From Octopus sinensis (lineage: Eukaryota): a stretch of DNA of 64,000 bases. The notes below the pieces were generated by a model. It saw nothing but the letters and a program-made list of their open reading frames with translations. It did no database searches and was not told the origin of the DNA. The stretch covers positions 99,696,001 to 99,760,000 of the forward strand of contig NC_043004.1 in assembly GCF_006345805.1 (NCBI RefSeq). Direction: 5' to 3'. This document shows positions 12,860-27,920 of this stretch, piece by piece. Each line of letters starts with the position of its first letter. Position 1 is the stretch's first letter. A program made the translations under genes and the position numbers.

Positions 12860-13200
12860 TTTCCTTGACCCCGAAAAAATGATTTCAGATTTTGGTACAA
12901 GGTCAGCAAATACGGGAAACAGATGAGTCGATTACATCGGCCCCAGTGTTCAACTATTAGTAATTTTATCGACTTGTAAAATATGATAGGCAAAATCGAC
13001 CTCAGCGGATTTTGAACTCTTAATGCAAAGACGGAAAAATGTCGCTGAGCATTTAAGCATTGCTTGATAACGATTCTGCCAGCTCATCTTATTACTGACC
13101 CTGGTATAATAAAACGCAAAGTCGATTGTGGTACGAATTGAACTCAAAGTGTAGAGAATCGGAAAAATTCCGCGAAGCATTCCACCTGGCGCTCTAATAA
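12860..13200 (-). mobile_element. Degenerate SINE family A copies
   Basis: GTCGATTACATCGGCCCCAGTG...GGCAAAATCGACCTCAGCGGATTTTGAACTC...GATTCTGCCAGCTC is the reverse complement of the family A core and head. Confidence 0.6.
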
Positions 13201-16200
13201 ATCTCCTAATGTCCCTTTCATTAATCCTATTCTGGTATCCAACATATGCATCCACAGAGCTTCACACTTCAAGTAACATAGCAGCAATTCATATCATATT
13301 CACTTTTGCTGCATTCACATCGTTACATCTAGGAGGATATTTTCTTTCCTCTTCTTCCAAATTTCATTCTTTCCAGCTGCTATTTGGGACTACTTCAAGC
13401 AGTAGGCTCCTCCGGTTTTTAAGAGGGAAATTTATAATTTATATGAATTTAGCTTCTCTATTCTGCAAATCAAAAGAGCAGCTTGAGGCGCCATCAACTT
13501 CGCTGTTGTGAGGGCGCTGGTAGAGGTGATGTTATTTTGAAGGTGATTATACCAAAATCGGTAATATTTGTCACTTTTATGAGAAAATGAGAAAACTTAT
13601 AATGACTATGAATAAAGGGTGTTATTGTCACTAGAATGCTGATGGTAGTGAAAAGCATTACGTCATACTAATTTTTCTAAACGTCTCTACCTAGGCTTAA
13701 CTATTTCAGTAGGAGAAATATTTGTATTAGGGAGTTGATCATAACAGTTAAAGGTCGTCGACTATTCTTTGTACATTGACATATAGAAAATAAAATCAGC
13801 AAAGTAGCTGTAAAATGATACATATCTTGAGAAAAATATTAAACAGAATAACAGACAAAATACTGAAATACTGCCGTGTACATAGTTATATATGGAATAA
13901 AACTTACTTAGAGCATCAGATTCGAATTCGTATCCAATAAATTTGAATACTGTCTGTTTTAGGTCGGCGATGTGGAAATCTTTAAGAATGTTTTCAGCGT
14001 ACTATGTCATTCCACAGATCATTAACGTGAAACTTTCCTTTGTTTATTGTTTAAATCGTATTCGAAGATTGCTGATAGTTGTGGTATACACCAAAATCAA
14101 CTCTGTTGAAACAGACTGATTTATGAATTATGATTTTAAATCATATGTAAAGGATATTGATTTCTCACGTTATCACTTGTCCAAATTTTGAACTAATGAA
14201 GTAAAGTCAATTGAATCGACCTTCTCCTCGTGTACTTATTGACCTCTCGCGTTGTCCTTATCGATTTTATGCTTTCTTTTTAACCTTACGCCTTATTCTT
14301 GTAGTGTGTCTTGTTCTTATCAACTTATAACTTAAATGCTTTGAAATAGTTCTGTTTCTGCTTTGCTCACATCGTGGTCACAATTAGACAATCATATGTT
14401 AGGACTAGCTAAGTCAACAGAGGAGATTACTTCGAATAAAAGAATCCTTATCAGTGAATATTGGCAGAGTGTACGATAAAATGTAATGATGTATACAGAT
14501 GCAGTCTGTTATATACCTTAAAATAGTAAATCCTAACGCGCTGACTCTGTTTTTCACTATTCTGTGTAAGGCAAAATAATGCACTTGTGAAGTATTGGTT
14601 CTTTATAATCGAATATAACATTCTTCTCAAACTACAATTATGTTCCTATAACAGGAACCAATTATTCCATACGTGATTATGTGACACAACGCAATTTTAT
14701 CCAGAAAATACAAATGTTGACTTCTGACCTTTGACACAATGCAGAAACGTTTTTATTGATGTGTAAAGGGTAGAGCAGTAGATTAAACTGGTCCCAGTAC
14801 TCGACTATTATACTTTTGCTGTCTACGGGAAAATAACGCATAACAAAGACGACAAGAAATATATTACGCAGATGAATATTACTAAATACCACAAGAAAGG
14901 TTATATGGTTTGCTTTTTGCTCCTCCTTACCATTATCCAACAGATTATATATCGCCGCAGAATAGTTTATTTCTTTATTTCTTATTGAATGGAAAACAAC
15001 AGATTGTTACACTTATTACTGTAACGTCTCCTGTAGCATCGACTAAATTGAACTATGAGTCCCACAGATTGAAAAAAAAATATATCATCACAGATGAGCA
15101 GTAATGGCATGTCACTATAAACAACAAAATTGTGTTCGTAAAACTTTTAGCCAGACGATTAGCAGTTAACCTGTGTGTATAGTTTTTTTCATATATATGT
15201 CTATGGTCTAATAAATTTTCCATTTTCATTCGACAAATCATGGAAGCTGTTATGTTACAAATAAGAAAATATAATAAGTCACGTTAGTTTATGTTATAAG
15301 TGAGATAGTAGTTATTGGAGTATATTAACTAACCACACTGTTTGTCATTGAAATACGTGTGCTGATAGTAGAGAGAGCACAAATTTTTCTGCCAATAATT
15401 GGGTTGAAAGGGTCACCAAGGAAAATCTTGACATCATTGTACAGTATGTAGATTTGAATTGTCGTTGTTGTTGTTTTACCTAAGTTGGGGAAATAGTTAA
15501 TTGGTGTATATCCATGCGCATTCGAACGAAATGTTACATTTTACCAATGTTCTTTATTTGCTATTTATATACAATACAGAAGTTTAAATTTATTGGTTCT
15601 CAGTAATAATTACCCAAATAGTCTTTATCATTGAAGATATTAATACAGACCCCGAATAATTCATTATTTCTACGATTTATAATCTGATCTAATACCATCT
15701 ATGGCAAAATTAATACTGCTTTATGAATATAAATGTTATCAAATACATATTTATTTAAAGAAAGTATTAAATTTTCAACTCTTTTATTTTCAGAATCGAG
15801 CTGACAAGAAGAGACAACTACGCTGATACAAAAAAGACTCTTTCGGTGCATTGTGGAAAAAAATATTGAGAGCAGTCATCAGAAGATATTTTTTTGCCAT
15901 ATACAAGCAATAGCTTGGGAAGAGAGGATAAATATAACACGTGATAGATATAGTTAAAAGAAAACTGTATTACAGTTCCATCCATGCTACCACGCTAGCA
16001 TGGGCAGGGGAAAGATAGATTGTAATGATGATCATTCTGATTTTGGAAAATCGACAATTTAATGTAACAACGAATTAATATTAAAGTATACTAGCCATCT
16101 CAATATGGTTAACCACTAAGCGTGGGTGTTACTGTAGCTCGTAGCCCCAGGAGATCATCATCTCCAGCTGGATTTAGGCACACTTTCTGTGCACTTATGG

Positions 16201-16384
16201 TATTTGCAAAGGGAGGTCATCCCTCTCTCGTTAACCTAAGTGATACGCACGGACTGCAGTTTCTAGGTATTTGCCTGTCTTCGGCGTACGGCAATCACCG
16301 GTTTTCGATGAAGGGAGACCGTTTGCAAATACTTATTTATTGTTTTAATATCTATATATTATTGATAAAACCTGCAAACGTAAA

Positions 16385-17911
16385 ACTTAATCATTTCTCA
16401 AATATGGAACCACAAATCATTTAAGGGGTTTCTGTTCTCTAGAAAACCAAATAACAAAGACAAGGGAGTTTCTACTTCAACCAAAACAAAACAGTTCTAC
16501 ATCATGAACAACAGGACCAACTTCAAATGCCAAACTTCAGAAACAACTGAGAATGCTTGTAAAAATACAAGTGTTAATGATATTGTTGTAGACAGTTGTC
16601 AAAAAGGGCATTATTAAAGACAGAACGCGAATATATACGCAACTATACTTCGTTGTATTCCAATAACGGTCGCTCGATGAAACATCATTCATGATGTATA
16701 AGAGCTGAAGTGTAACTAGCTTGAAATTAAAACCAAAAAGCAATCGAGTGACGGCAGAGCAAACTAGGTGGAGGAAACTGGTAAACGACCTTATATTTAT
16801 TAATCTAAGTATAAGCTATATGATTATGGCGAAGAAATTATCAGGTGCCTATGTAAAATAAAGCTTTTGTAAGTAATAAAGATGGCTTTGATATCTTATA
16901 AAATATTCGATTATTATAGAATTAAATCAATGTTTAAATTAGTTTTTATTGCTTTTATAAGATAAATGATTTCAAACAAATTAATTTTCTAAACAATATC
17001 GGATCATTTCTAATAGCTGTGGTATACTTCAGTAAGATTGGAATGAAACGACGCTATTGGATTATCAGAAATTCTAAATGCTGTCTGGTATTCGGTTCGA
17101 CAAGGGGTAATAGTGTTGCTTCGTTAGCATCTGGACACTATTTTAGAGTATATTTTGTGCTCAAAAGTGATAAATGGTATTACTGAACTTGGGTTTGTGG
17201 GATTTTATGATTTTGCATGTGTTGCACAGTACGATATATTTCGACACTTGATGACGTTTGGACTCTTTTAGTCATTGCTGAGAATACATTTTAGGTGTAG
17301 ACGTTACTAAAATGACATTTTGAATTCGGTTTCAGACTAGGAAAGAGAGACATACCACCGATAAATTTGTGAAAACATTTCAACTCTCTTAGATTTACCT
17401 GTTGAAGGATATGCAGAGTGGGAGCCCCTACTCTTTTAATGCAATTTCTAGAATAAGAGGCCAATTCTCCCTCATGTCATGACTTGTAATCATAAAGAGA
17501 GACACTTTAGATAACAAACTCCACGCAAGATAAAAGTAGAAAATGAACAGTGTAGAAGGCTTCTTCAAAGGCAGGTTTGGTGGACTAATGCCAGACAACA
17601 GAAAATATACTAGACATTCTGTCCAGTATATTTGGAATACAAAGATATATAGTTGCGTACATATTTGTGTTCTGTCTTTAATAATGTTCTTTTTGACAAC
17701 TGTCTACAACAATGTCATTAACACTCGTATTTTTACAAGCATTCTCAGTTGTTCCTGAAGTTTGGCATCTGACGTTGGTCCTGTTGTTCGTGATGGAGAA
17801 TTGTTTTGGTTTGGTTGTAGTAGAAACTCTTTTGTCTTTGGTTTTTGGCTTCCTAGAGAACAGAAACCTCTTGAATGATTTGTGGTTCCATATTTGTAGC
17901 AATGTTTAAGT
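16385..17911. repeat. Diverged ~280-bp inverted repeat (16385-16663 / 17632-17911) around a ~970-bp spacer
   Basis: For example GAACCACAAATCATTTAAGGGGTTTCTGTTCTCTAG against CTAGAGAACAGAAACCTCTTGAATGATTTGTGGTTC; ORF-track entries 16537- and 17543+ are near-identical. Confidence 0.85.
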
Positions 17912-18245
17912 CAGCCAATATTCTACTGAAATACCGTTTCCGTAATTAAAATCCCTGATAGCAAATAAATCTAGGAATTCATGTACAAAATATCTCCTGA
18001 TTAAAAGATGTCTAAAAGAATATTAACACATCGATCAAGACAAAGCACACTGAGAAAGACGGACGCAGCATTAGTTTACAATAATTTAAAAGAAACTATA
18101 ATCTAACAGATTAAAAGGGTACAGAATATAGAAGGAGATATATTATGGTCTACCAAGATATTTAGGTTGGAAGAAAATTAATGGAGTTGCGGTGCATCTT
18201 AATGGCCCTTGAATGAAAACCATTGGGATTGATTTTGCCTGTCCG

Positions 18246-18352
<107 letters not shown>

Positions 18353-19693
18353 TATACATATATATATATATTCATGAATGCATGTGTGTATATGTACGTG
18401 CGTGTGTGTGTGCGTGTATGTGCGTGTCAGTGTGTTTCAGTGTCAGTGCCAGTGTCAGTATATGAAGATATATAGATGGATAGAAGTATGTGTGCATTAG
18501 GCTAGAGTGTCCTGGGAGGGCAATTTAGATGAAAACGATGTATTTATTTATATATTTGTATAACAATATTGTTGCCAAGTCACCACTGGTTTCATGTAAG
18601 CAAACGACTACTTGGCTATGAAGAAATTTATTACAATCATCGGATCTGTCTAAACAACAAAGGCATTAGCAAACAACGCTTTTCAGAGTAGTCAAGTTTA
18701 ACCTGAAAGAAGATCAAATTATTTTATTTCTAAGAGTTCATGTATGTATTACAGCTATAAATGTGTAAAATACAGAGCTACAAAATCATTCATTGTAATT
18801 ATTCGATAAATGGTGATTTATAAATTATTCATTTAAAAATTTAGAAATTATTGAACAGCGAAAGACTATTTTGAATGATACAAACACACACGAAGTCTCA
18901 AACACTCACACACACACACGGAAACACACAAACGCGCATACTCACACTCACGCACATAAACATTATCACACATTGTTATTATGATACTACCTGGTGATTA
19001 CTTAACAGTAAATGGCATTACAACAGAACCCGGCTAGCTGGATGTATAGTCGGTCGAGCTATTGAATATACATATCTTAAACAGACGAAGATCCAATTTA
19101 TACATTCCTCCTAAAGAAACATGTGTCTGCATATATGTAATGATGCATGTATATATATATACATGTATATATATATATATATGTATATATTGGTTTGTCG
19201 TTTTATCCTACACATTCCGTTTTGTACACTTTCGGATTTCTAAATCCCTGTGATGTATACAATTCAAACCTCCCATTCGCTCTTGCATATGTATGGAGAA
19301 ACACAAAGGCAAATACACACCAACATTTTACAGGAAAAGGCAATATGGGTAATATATATGTGTTTGTGTGTATGCGTGTATGTATACATTAATATATATG
19401 TAAACGTACATATTTACATATTTAAATGTATATATATATTACGTATGCGAATATTTGTATGTAAAAAATGTTATATCTTTTATAATATATATAATATATA
19501 TATATATCTATATATATATATATATAATATAATATATATATTATATATATATATATTTATACTATATATAATATAATATATATATATTTATATTCTAAAG
19601 TTAGGGATATAAACATCTAAATAACTGTGCATACATATTATGTCATTCTCATACGATATACATGCATTGTGATAATATGCATCACATCTGACA

Positions 19694-19737
<44 letters not shown>

Positions 19738-20145
19738 ATATATATATATATATACCAATATACTATAAAGGAAACCGACAAAAACGTAAATAATACATAA
19801 TATGTTTGGATGGGGAGGGTAGTCACGTGTATAGGCAGAGATGTTGGAAGGTTAAACTACACTGTTTTATTTCAGCTGATTTTTTTCTCAGCATCCTTGT
19901 TGTGAGTTTTAAAAAAGATAAAGTAAAAATAGTTATATTTGTTTCGTTAATAATTAATGTTTGTAGTATGCATGTATCTATCTATCTATCCTCTCTCTCC
20001 TCTATCTATCTATATATCTATATATATATATATCTATCTATATATATATCTATATCTATCTATCTTATCTATCTATATCTATTATTATCGATCTACATCT
20101 CCCTCTCTCTCTCTTCTCTATATATATATATATAATATATATAAT

Positions 20146-20245
20146 NNNNNNNNNNNNNNNNNNNNNNNNNNNNNNNNNNNNNNNNNNNNNNNNNNNNNNN
20201 NNNNNNNNNNNNNNNNNNNNNNNNNNNNNNNNNNNNNNNNNNNNN
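20146..20245. other. Assembly gap (100 N)
   Basis: Run of N between microsatellites. Confidence 1.
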
Positions 20246-20260
20246 GATAGATATATAGAT

Positions 20261-20351
<91 letters not shown>

Positions 20352-20800
20352 CAGACAGATAGATATGTGAATGTATGTATCTATATAACAGTTACAAGGA
20401 ATCGAAGAATCATAAATAGAAGTATAGCATAAAAGGAAAAAAATACAAGGAAAAAGCAACGGATATGTGAAAATATAATTAGGGGTTCCAAAATGATAAG
20501 TAATACATGAAAAGTCAGTACAAACATAAATCATTAGACAATACATTAAAATAAAATACAATATAAAATTATATAAAATTGTAGAAATAGAATTGCATGC
20601 GATACAACAACCGTTTCCTTAGATTCTAAAATTACCGAAAATTAGAACCATTTGACAAATTTGTAAGGTGATATCTTTAATATAATGAGTTGCTACCTTG
20701 AACTTATGTAAAATTTTTGTAGTAATTGGCAGAGAAATATAAGATGTACGTAAACCGTCTTTCATGTCTACTCACATAAACTCACACACATGTACATGTT

Positions 20801-21380
<580 letters not shown>

Positions 21381-21739
21381 TAGAAGGCTAGAACGTTGGA
21401 TTGATGCATATAGATATAGTTGCATAGACAAAAACATGCCGTTGGGAAGCACTCGTGTTTGTCTCTCGTTGTTTAAAAAGATATCAACAGACAGTGAGGG
21501 AGAGAGAGAGAGGGGGAGAGGGAGAGCGGGAAGGAGACAGAAAGGGTGAGGGAATGAGAAAAATTTTTTGAGAAAGAGGGTGAGAATGATGTCAAGAAGA
21601 AAGAGATACAGATTGAGAAATACATGCAAGTAAGCTTGTATACACCCTAATATGAACACATACACACATGCACAAACATGCACATATATGTATGTGTGTG
21701 TGTCTGTACCTGTCCGTATTATTCTCTCTCTCTCTCTCT

Positions 21740-21782
<43 letters not shown>

Positions 21783-21996
21783 AATGTATATATAAATATA
21801 AGTGTGCGATTACGTATATAGGTTAAACATTTGCTTCATTAAGTGAACAAGATGCAAACGGCGTGTTAACTCACCCATAATCAACCATAAAAGTGCTATG
21901 CATTAATAGGCGTATACTAACACGCACGCATACATACACACATACACACATATAAATATATGTATGTATGTATGTAATGTATGCATATATTTCTAT

Positions 21997-22038
<42 letters not shown>

Positions 22039-22261
22039 GTATGTATATATATATATATATACAATGTATTTATATGGCTGTGTGTATGCATGTATGCATG
22101 CGTAAGTATGTATACACGTGTATTGTCGTATGCGTGCTGTAGTAACTAAAGTAGACTAGGATGTATACCAAACGAAACCAAACATTATTATGGTTATTAA
22201 CCAGGCCTTATACCTGTAATAGAAAGGAATATTTTGGTTATTTTCATTTCTTGTAGTAAGT

Positions 22262-22603
22262 ATTGACGATGATGAAGATGATGACGATGATGGTAATGAT
22301 GATGTGTAGGAAGAAGAGGAGGTGGAAGTGGAGGAAGAAGAGGAGGTGGAAGTGGAAGAATAAGAGTAGGTGGAAGTGGAGTAAGAGGTAGTGGAGAAGG
22401 TAGAGAATGAGGTAGAGGAGGTTGAGGAAGAAGTAGAGGAGGAGGTAGAGGAGGAGGTAGAGAAAGTAGAGAATGAAGTTGAGGAGAAGGTAGAAGAAGA
22501 AGAAGAAGAAGAAGAAGAAGAAGAAGAAGAAGAAGAAGAAGAAGAAGAAGAAGAAGAAGAAGAAGAAGAAGAAGAAGAAGAAGAAGAAGAAGAAGAAGAA
22601 GAA
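22262..22603. repeat. (GAT)n/(GAG)n/(GAA)n microsatellite
   Basis: Read directly from the sequence. Confidence 0.95.
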
Positions 22604-22699
22604 TGATTACCGTTTATGGATATATGTTTGTGAAGGTAATGATTGTATATTTAATTTTGGTGTCGAGCTCCCGTATTGAGTCTCAAAGCAAGCTGCAAG

Positions 22700-23115
22700 G
22701 AAAGAAAATTGTATTTCTATTTTGTATTTGTTTTTAATTGTATTGTTTTTACGTCCTGTTTTTGTCACAATCTTTTTCCTCTTTTTCCTTGTTTTTACCC
22801 CTCTGCAAAGGAATTTTATTTAATTCTTTCGCAGGAAGGACTATTTCTACGAGACGTGTTCTGTCCTCACCTTCGATACACGCTGGAGTTGAACTAGGGA
22901 CAGCTGATGAATGGGATTTTTCCTTGTGTAGTTGTCTTGTACTCTGTTTTTTCGTTGTTAAAAAAATGGTCCGTTCCATGCTGTTTTTACGTTTTCGTTT
23001 CTCGTTGAGTTCTATGTCTATTTGTGGTGTCCTGTACACACGTATATATATTTATATATGCATGTATATTTACATGTAGATGTAGGTACGTACATATATT
23101 TTATTTATTACACTA
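22700..23115 (+). mobile_element. T-rich dispersed element, relative of 30431-30968
   Basis: Shares CGTGTTCTGTC...CCTTCGA.ACACG...GACAGCTGATGAA.GGGATTTTTCCTTGTGTAG...GGTACGTACATATA with 30431-30968. Confidence 0.7.
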
Positions 23116-23552
23116 TTGTATGACAGCGCCTTCGCGTCGATTCGATTCGATTCGTTTGGTTTCGTTTCGTTTCTTCTTCTTCTCTAAGCTGGTTTATATA
23201 TTATATAATATATATATATATATACAAAATTAATATTCGGTCGAAGTAGGTAATTAAATTAATGTACCTTCTTAGGTCGATCTAATATTGCACACCCAAA
23301 CAAAATATCAGGTTAATATCAAACTCTGAGCAGAGGTGTTTGCGCTTGATATTCTTGCAGAGTATGCAGATAACACGACCCAACTTAATGAGGAGATCCG
23401 CTCTTGCTTTTTCAGACATGTACTTTATATGAAAATACAAAAATACTTTTATTAAATTCCAGGGCAGGTGAACAAAATATAAAATAATTTATGCAGATTC
23501 CAGGGTAGGTGAATAAAATATAAATGAGTAACAAAGATGTACTGGTGTCAAT

Positions 23553-23635
23553 TAATTACGGCCGTTTCAAGTGACTCCTTTAACTGATTAATGAAGACAT
23601 TATGTCATTGTAGAGAAACCATTTTCGTCAGATGA
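23553..23635 (-). ncRNA. Degenerate hammerhead-like motif with long stem II region
   Basis: Minus strand: TCAT CTGACGA [~56 nt] GAAA CGGCCG TA ATTA. Palindromic stem III and GUA triplet; stem I is imperfect. Confidence 0.4.
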
Positions 23636-23797
23636 CGGCATAGACTTCAAGCACAAAGGACAAACCAACTGATTTCACATATTCGTATCACCAGCGAAGC
23701 TCAAATATTTACGTTGGTTCTGCTGCTATATATTTGACAGAATGAGTTTAGAAAATAGTCTATGTAGTGTCGAACATTCTAGAATTTAGAGGTTAGT

Positions 23798-23824
<27 letters not shown>

Positions 23825-23839
<15 letters not shown>

Positions 23840-24336
23840 TGTAGTTGTGTGAGTGTCTGTCTCCTACGATTTAGATTCCTAACTCCTCCCACATTTTGCG
23901 GTGCAGTTTAACCAAAACGGGTATCTATAGTCGGATTCATATCGAGCCCGTCTGGCTATTAGCGCGCGTCTACGATGAGTCTACGATTTAAAAAATAATT
24001 TAACATATTTTTTATTCCATTTTAATGCATAATTTTTCGTGTGTCGATGGCGGCGGAGTTGGCGTCCACGCTCAAACACCTGCACCTGTGTTTGCTTCTC
24101 CCCCTTCTTCCCTCCCTCGTGAAGCTGTGGGGAAGGGATTTTAATGAAATCAACGTCGTAATGCGTTGTCAAGGAGACCAGCGTTCTTTTAGAACAACGA
24201 CTTCATGGCTTGAAGACACCAAAACAGAAATGGCTAAGAAAGCCCGAATTGGCATCTATAAAGGAAGTAACTCTCTAAAAATGCTTATATAATTATTTCC
24301 CTTACAAACCCGAGCAACGCCGGGCGATACTGCTAG
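23825..24336 (+). mobile_element. Non-autonomous Helitron
   Basis: 3' hairpin CCCGAGCAACGCCGGG followed by CTAG|T at 24333-24337; the 5' end merges into (TA)n. Confidence 0.75.
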
Positions 24337-24384
24337 TATATATATGAACAAAGCTGGCTATATACATACATTGATAGATAGATA

Positions 24385-24496
<112 letters not shown>

Positions 24497-25978
24497 TGAG
24501 AGAGGAGGATACGAGAGTGTGTTTACTTGTGCAGTGCATTTGGATATGCATGCATGTGCTTGTGTGTGTATGCACCATCTCCTTTCATCTTTTCTTCTCC
24601 CTTGTTTTTATTTTTTTTATTTATTTTTTTAGCGATTTACTTTCATGTGGTCCCTTTAGTAACATGGGTGTACATCAGTATAAAGTCTGTTCGTTCTCCT
24701 CAAATTGTTGTCTGAAGTTCCATGTATCATACCTTATACACCTTCACTTCATCACTATCATAGCTACCTTTGTCCTACCAAAATAATGCTGCTTTTCGTT
24801 TTGCCTTTATTATTCCTTCACACTCCAAGTGTAATATAGCAATATATTCATCTACCTCACACATATTCTCAGGTGACTTTCTCTTCTGTCCAATATATTT
24901 TCTATCTCACATCAAACATTTATCATCAAATTTTAAACATTTCTATGTATGACATTTTGTTTCTCTCAAAGACAAGTTGAACAGATAGAATTCTTTTATT
25001 CCTTTATTTCTGAATTTATGCAAGTATACAGACATTAAATGGTACGAATGAATGAAAATCTATACTATGTATTCGTGTTCGCCACTTTTAATTCTCTAAC
25101 ATATGTAAAATTTTTGTCTATCGGCATTTAATTTTAAAAAAAATATAAACGCGTATTCTTCACTGATTCTGAAATTCGTCGTGAATAAATTTAACGTATT
25201 CATTTTATCATGTGGCAATTATTTTTAAACGACTTTGTGTAATATAATTCTTTTAAATCTATTGAAACTCAATAAAACGTATTATATTTAATGTTTTCCA
25301 ACTTACGTAAAATTTTCCCACCGCAACGAGGGAAGTAAACCATAGATTTAGCAATGAAACCTTATATGAATGCCACCAGAGAAATATTGAAAAGGAAAAT
25401 TACCATATGTATCAACATACAAGGTGAATGGCATATATTTCCTCTGATGTAGTTATTCTTATTATTAAGATCTTTCACTATAGTTTTATTGTAAGAAGAC
25501 GTTCCAACTGTGATCCTCTTGTCGTTTTATTCACACCGTGTTTCTACAGCTACATTACTTCAATTTTCATTTTTCTTTCCTTATTTAAAGTCATTTACGA
25601 ATGTTATCTTACTTTCATATAAAACGATAAACACAATTGATTAGATTGTTCATAGCAATCTTCTGTTTCATATATAATCATTCACGTGAATACAACAGTA
25701 TAACTTTCCAGGGAAACAGAGCGGCTCCAGCTTAGAGATGGTTCAAGAAAAGCAAATGTTACATGGTACCTTCCACTGTTCCATCTTGAGTATTATACAG
25801 CTTTTTAATACAGCATATTGCTCTCCCTCTGGTATTCGAGTACTATTTGTTCCACCTCATTTTGCATTTATATACTTACTCTCGTATATATATATATATA
25901 TAATTTTTAAATAATTTTTAAATAATAAAGTCAATGATATATTCGCAAATTATTTTTTCGTGAAGCATTCTTCTCGCG

Positions 25979-26022
<44 letters not shown>

Positions 26023-26135
26023 GGAGCAAATAGTTCACGAGAAGAATGATTCACGAAAAAAGATCATTGACTTTATTATTTAAAATTTAAAAAATAATAG
26101 AATCAATAACCATAATAGAATCAATAGTGCAGGCA

Positions 26136-26288
26136 ATTGCAGGCCCCAAAAAACCATAAAATAACTGAAGGATCAAAATGAATCAAAGGACATACTAAGT
26201 ACATCAACCTGCTGGAAATAACAGTCAACGAGTTTTGACTATTATTTCCCACAGGTAAAAACACTTAGTATGTCCTTGGATTAATTTT

Positions 26289-26322
<34 letters not shown>

Positions 26323-27290
26323 AATGAAAAAATAAGACAAGATATAAAATGCTAAAATAATTTTATAAAAAACATTGCAGTACCGGTTTCGGTCATTTTC
26401 AGACCTTTTCAACTGTAACGATTAAATAATTAAATTTTGAAAAGTTAAAAGAAAAGTTTTTTAAAGGAATATTTGTATAGTGTTCAAATATAAGTGGCAT
26501 TTTCCTTCTTTCTGCCTTTCTCTGTCTCACTTGTTTGCACTTGTGTGTTCGAGGTCATTGTGTGTTCTTTATAAAATTATTTTAGCATTTTCTATCTTGA
26601 CTTATTTTTTTCATATGTATCAACTCGTGTGTTCCTTTTCACCCTTATACATATATATATATATATACATATATACATATATATACCTCTTCAATCATCA
26701 TAGGTCCTTTGCTGATACCCTCCACATACACCCACATACACATACATAGGTATTCTTCACCCATTTATCTTCTACATAGAATTTTCAGCTATGATATCAT
26801 CTGTCTTCCATGAGTATAATACTATCTCGCTTCTCTTTCCATGAGCAAAATCCTATCCTTTCTATCATTGTTGCAACTTTTGTCACTTGTATATATGTCT
26901 AGTAATAGCAGCAGCAGCACTAGTAGTAGTAGTAGTAGTGTTATTGATGATGATGATGATGATTCTAATACTTTTCTTTGCCGTTGTATCAGTGGGGTAA
27001 TATTTGGTCTAGTTTTCCCCCTCTTTTCAGCGCTGCACCTATCTTTACAGGTGCAATGTTTTTTATAAAATTATTTTAGCATTTTATATCTTGTCTTATT
27101 TTTTCATTTATATATATATATATATATATGTATATAAAAATTAATCCAAGGACATACTAAGTGTTTTTACCTGTGGGAAATAATAGTCAAAACTCGTTGA
27201 CTGTTATTTCCAGCAGGTTGATGTACTTAGTATGTCCTTTGATTCATTTTGATCCTTCAGTTATTTTATGGTTTTTTGGGGCCTGCAATT
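26136..27290. repeat. Near-perfect ~240-bp inverted duplication (26136-26379 / 27052-27290)
   Basis: The arms match almost base for base, including an internal (TA)n. Each arm contains a ~105-nt hairpin AAGGACATACTAAGT...ACTTAGTATGTCCTT. Confidence 0.85.
26375..26418 (-). ncRNA. Minimal type I hammerhead ribozyme, U3-A8 core variant
   Basis: Minus strand: TTACAG [TTGAAAA] GGTC-tgaaaat-GACC [GAAA] CCGG [TA] CTGCAA. GUA triplet, palindromic stem III, 5 of 6 bp in stem I. Confidence 0.65.
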
Positions 27291-27375
27291 ACAGGTCACC
27301 TCTTACTTCTCCCTCCAGTTTACTGCTTATGAAAGCTGGTGACAGGTATATCTATCTATCTTACAATTTATCAAT

Positions 27376-27856
27376 ATTTTGAAAAATTTTTGGTGAAAAT
27401 TTTGGAAAAGTTTTTGAGTAAAATTTTCTTTGAAAATTTTCGAAAAGTTTTTGGGTAAAATTGTTGGTGAAAATTTTCGAAAAATTTTTGGGTAAAATAT
27501 TCGGTGAAAATTTTCGAAAAATTTTTGGGTAAAATATTCCGTGACAATATTCGAAAACTTTTGGGGGAAAATTTTCGAAAAATTTTTGGGCAAAATTTTT
27601 GGTGAAAATTTCTGTAAAATTTTCGGGTAAAATTTTCGACAAAAATTTTTGGATAAAATCTTTGGTGAAAATTTTCGAAAAATTTTTGGATAAAATTTTC
27701 GAAAAATTTTTTGGGAAAATTTTTGGTGAAAATTTCCGAAAAATTTTTGGGTAAAATTTTAGACAAAAATTTTCGAAAAATTTTTGGGTAAAATTTTCGG
27801 TGAAAATTTACAGAAAACTTTTTCGGTGAAAATTTTCGAAAAATTTTTGGTGAAGT
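27376..27856. repeat. A/T-tract minisatellite, ~37-bp irregular unit GAAAATTTTCGAAAAATTTTTGGGTAAAATTTTCGGT
   Basis: Read directly; each unit contains self-complementary AAAATTTT segments. Confidence 0.9.
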
Positions 27857-27920
27857 TTGTATATGTATATATATATATATGTGTGTGTATGAATATATAC
27901 ACATATATATATATATATAT

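Noticed and set aside
15785-15900. Possible host exon after a TTTTCAG acceptor (similar case near 32068)
   Set aside because: No convincing open frame, donor site or homology; such acceptors are common in AT-rich DNA.
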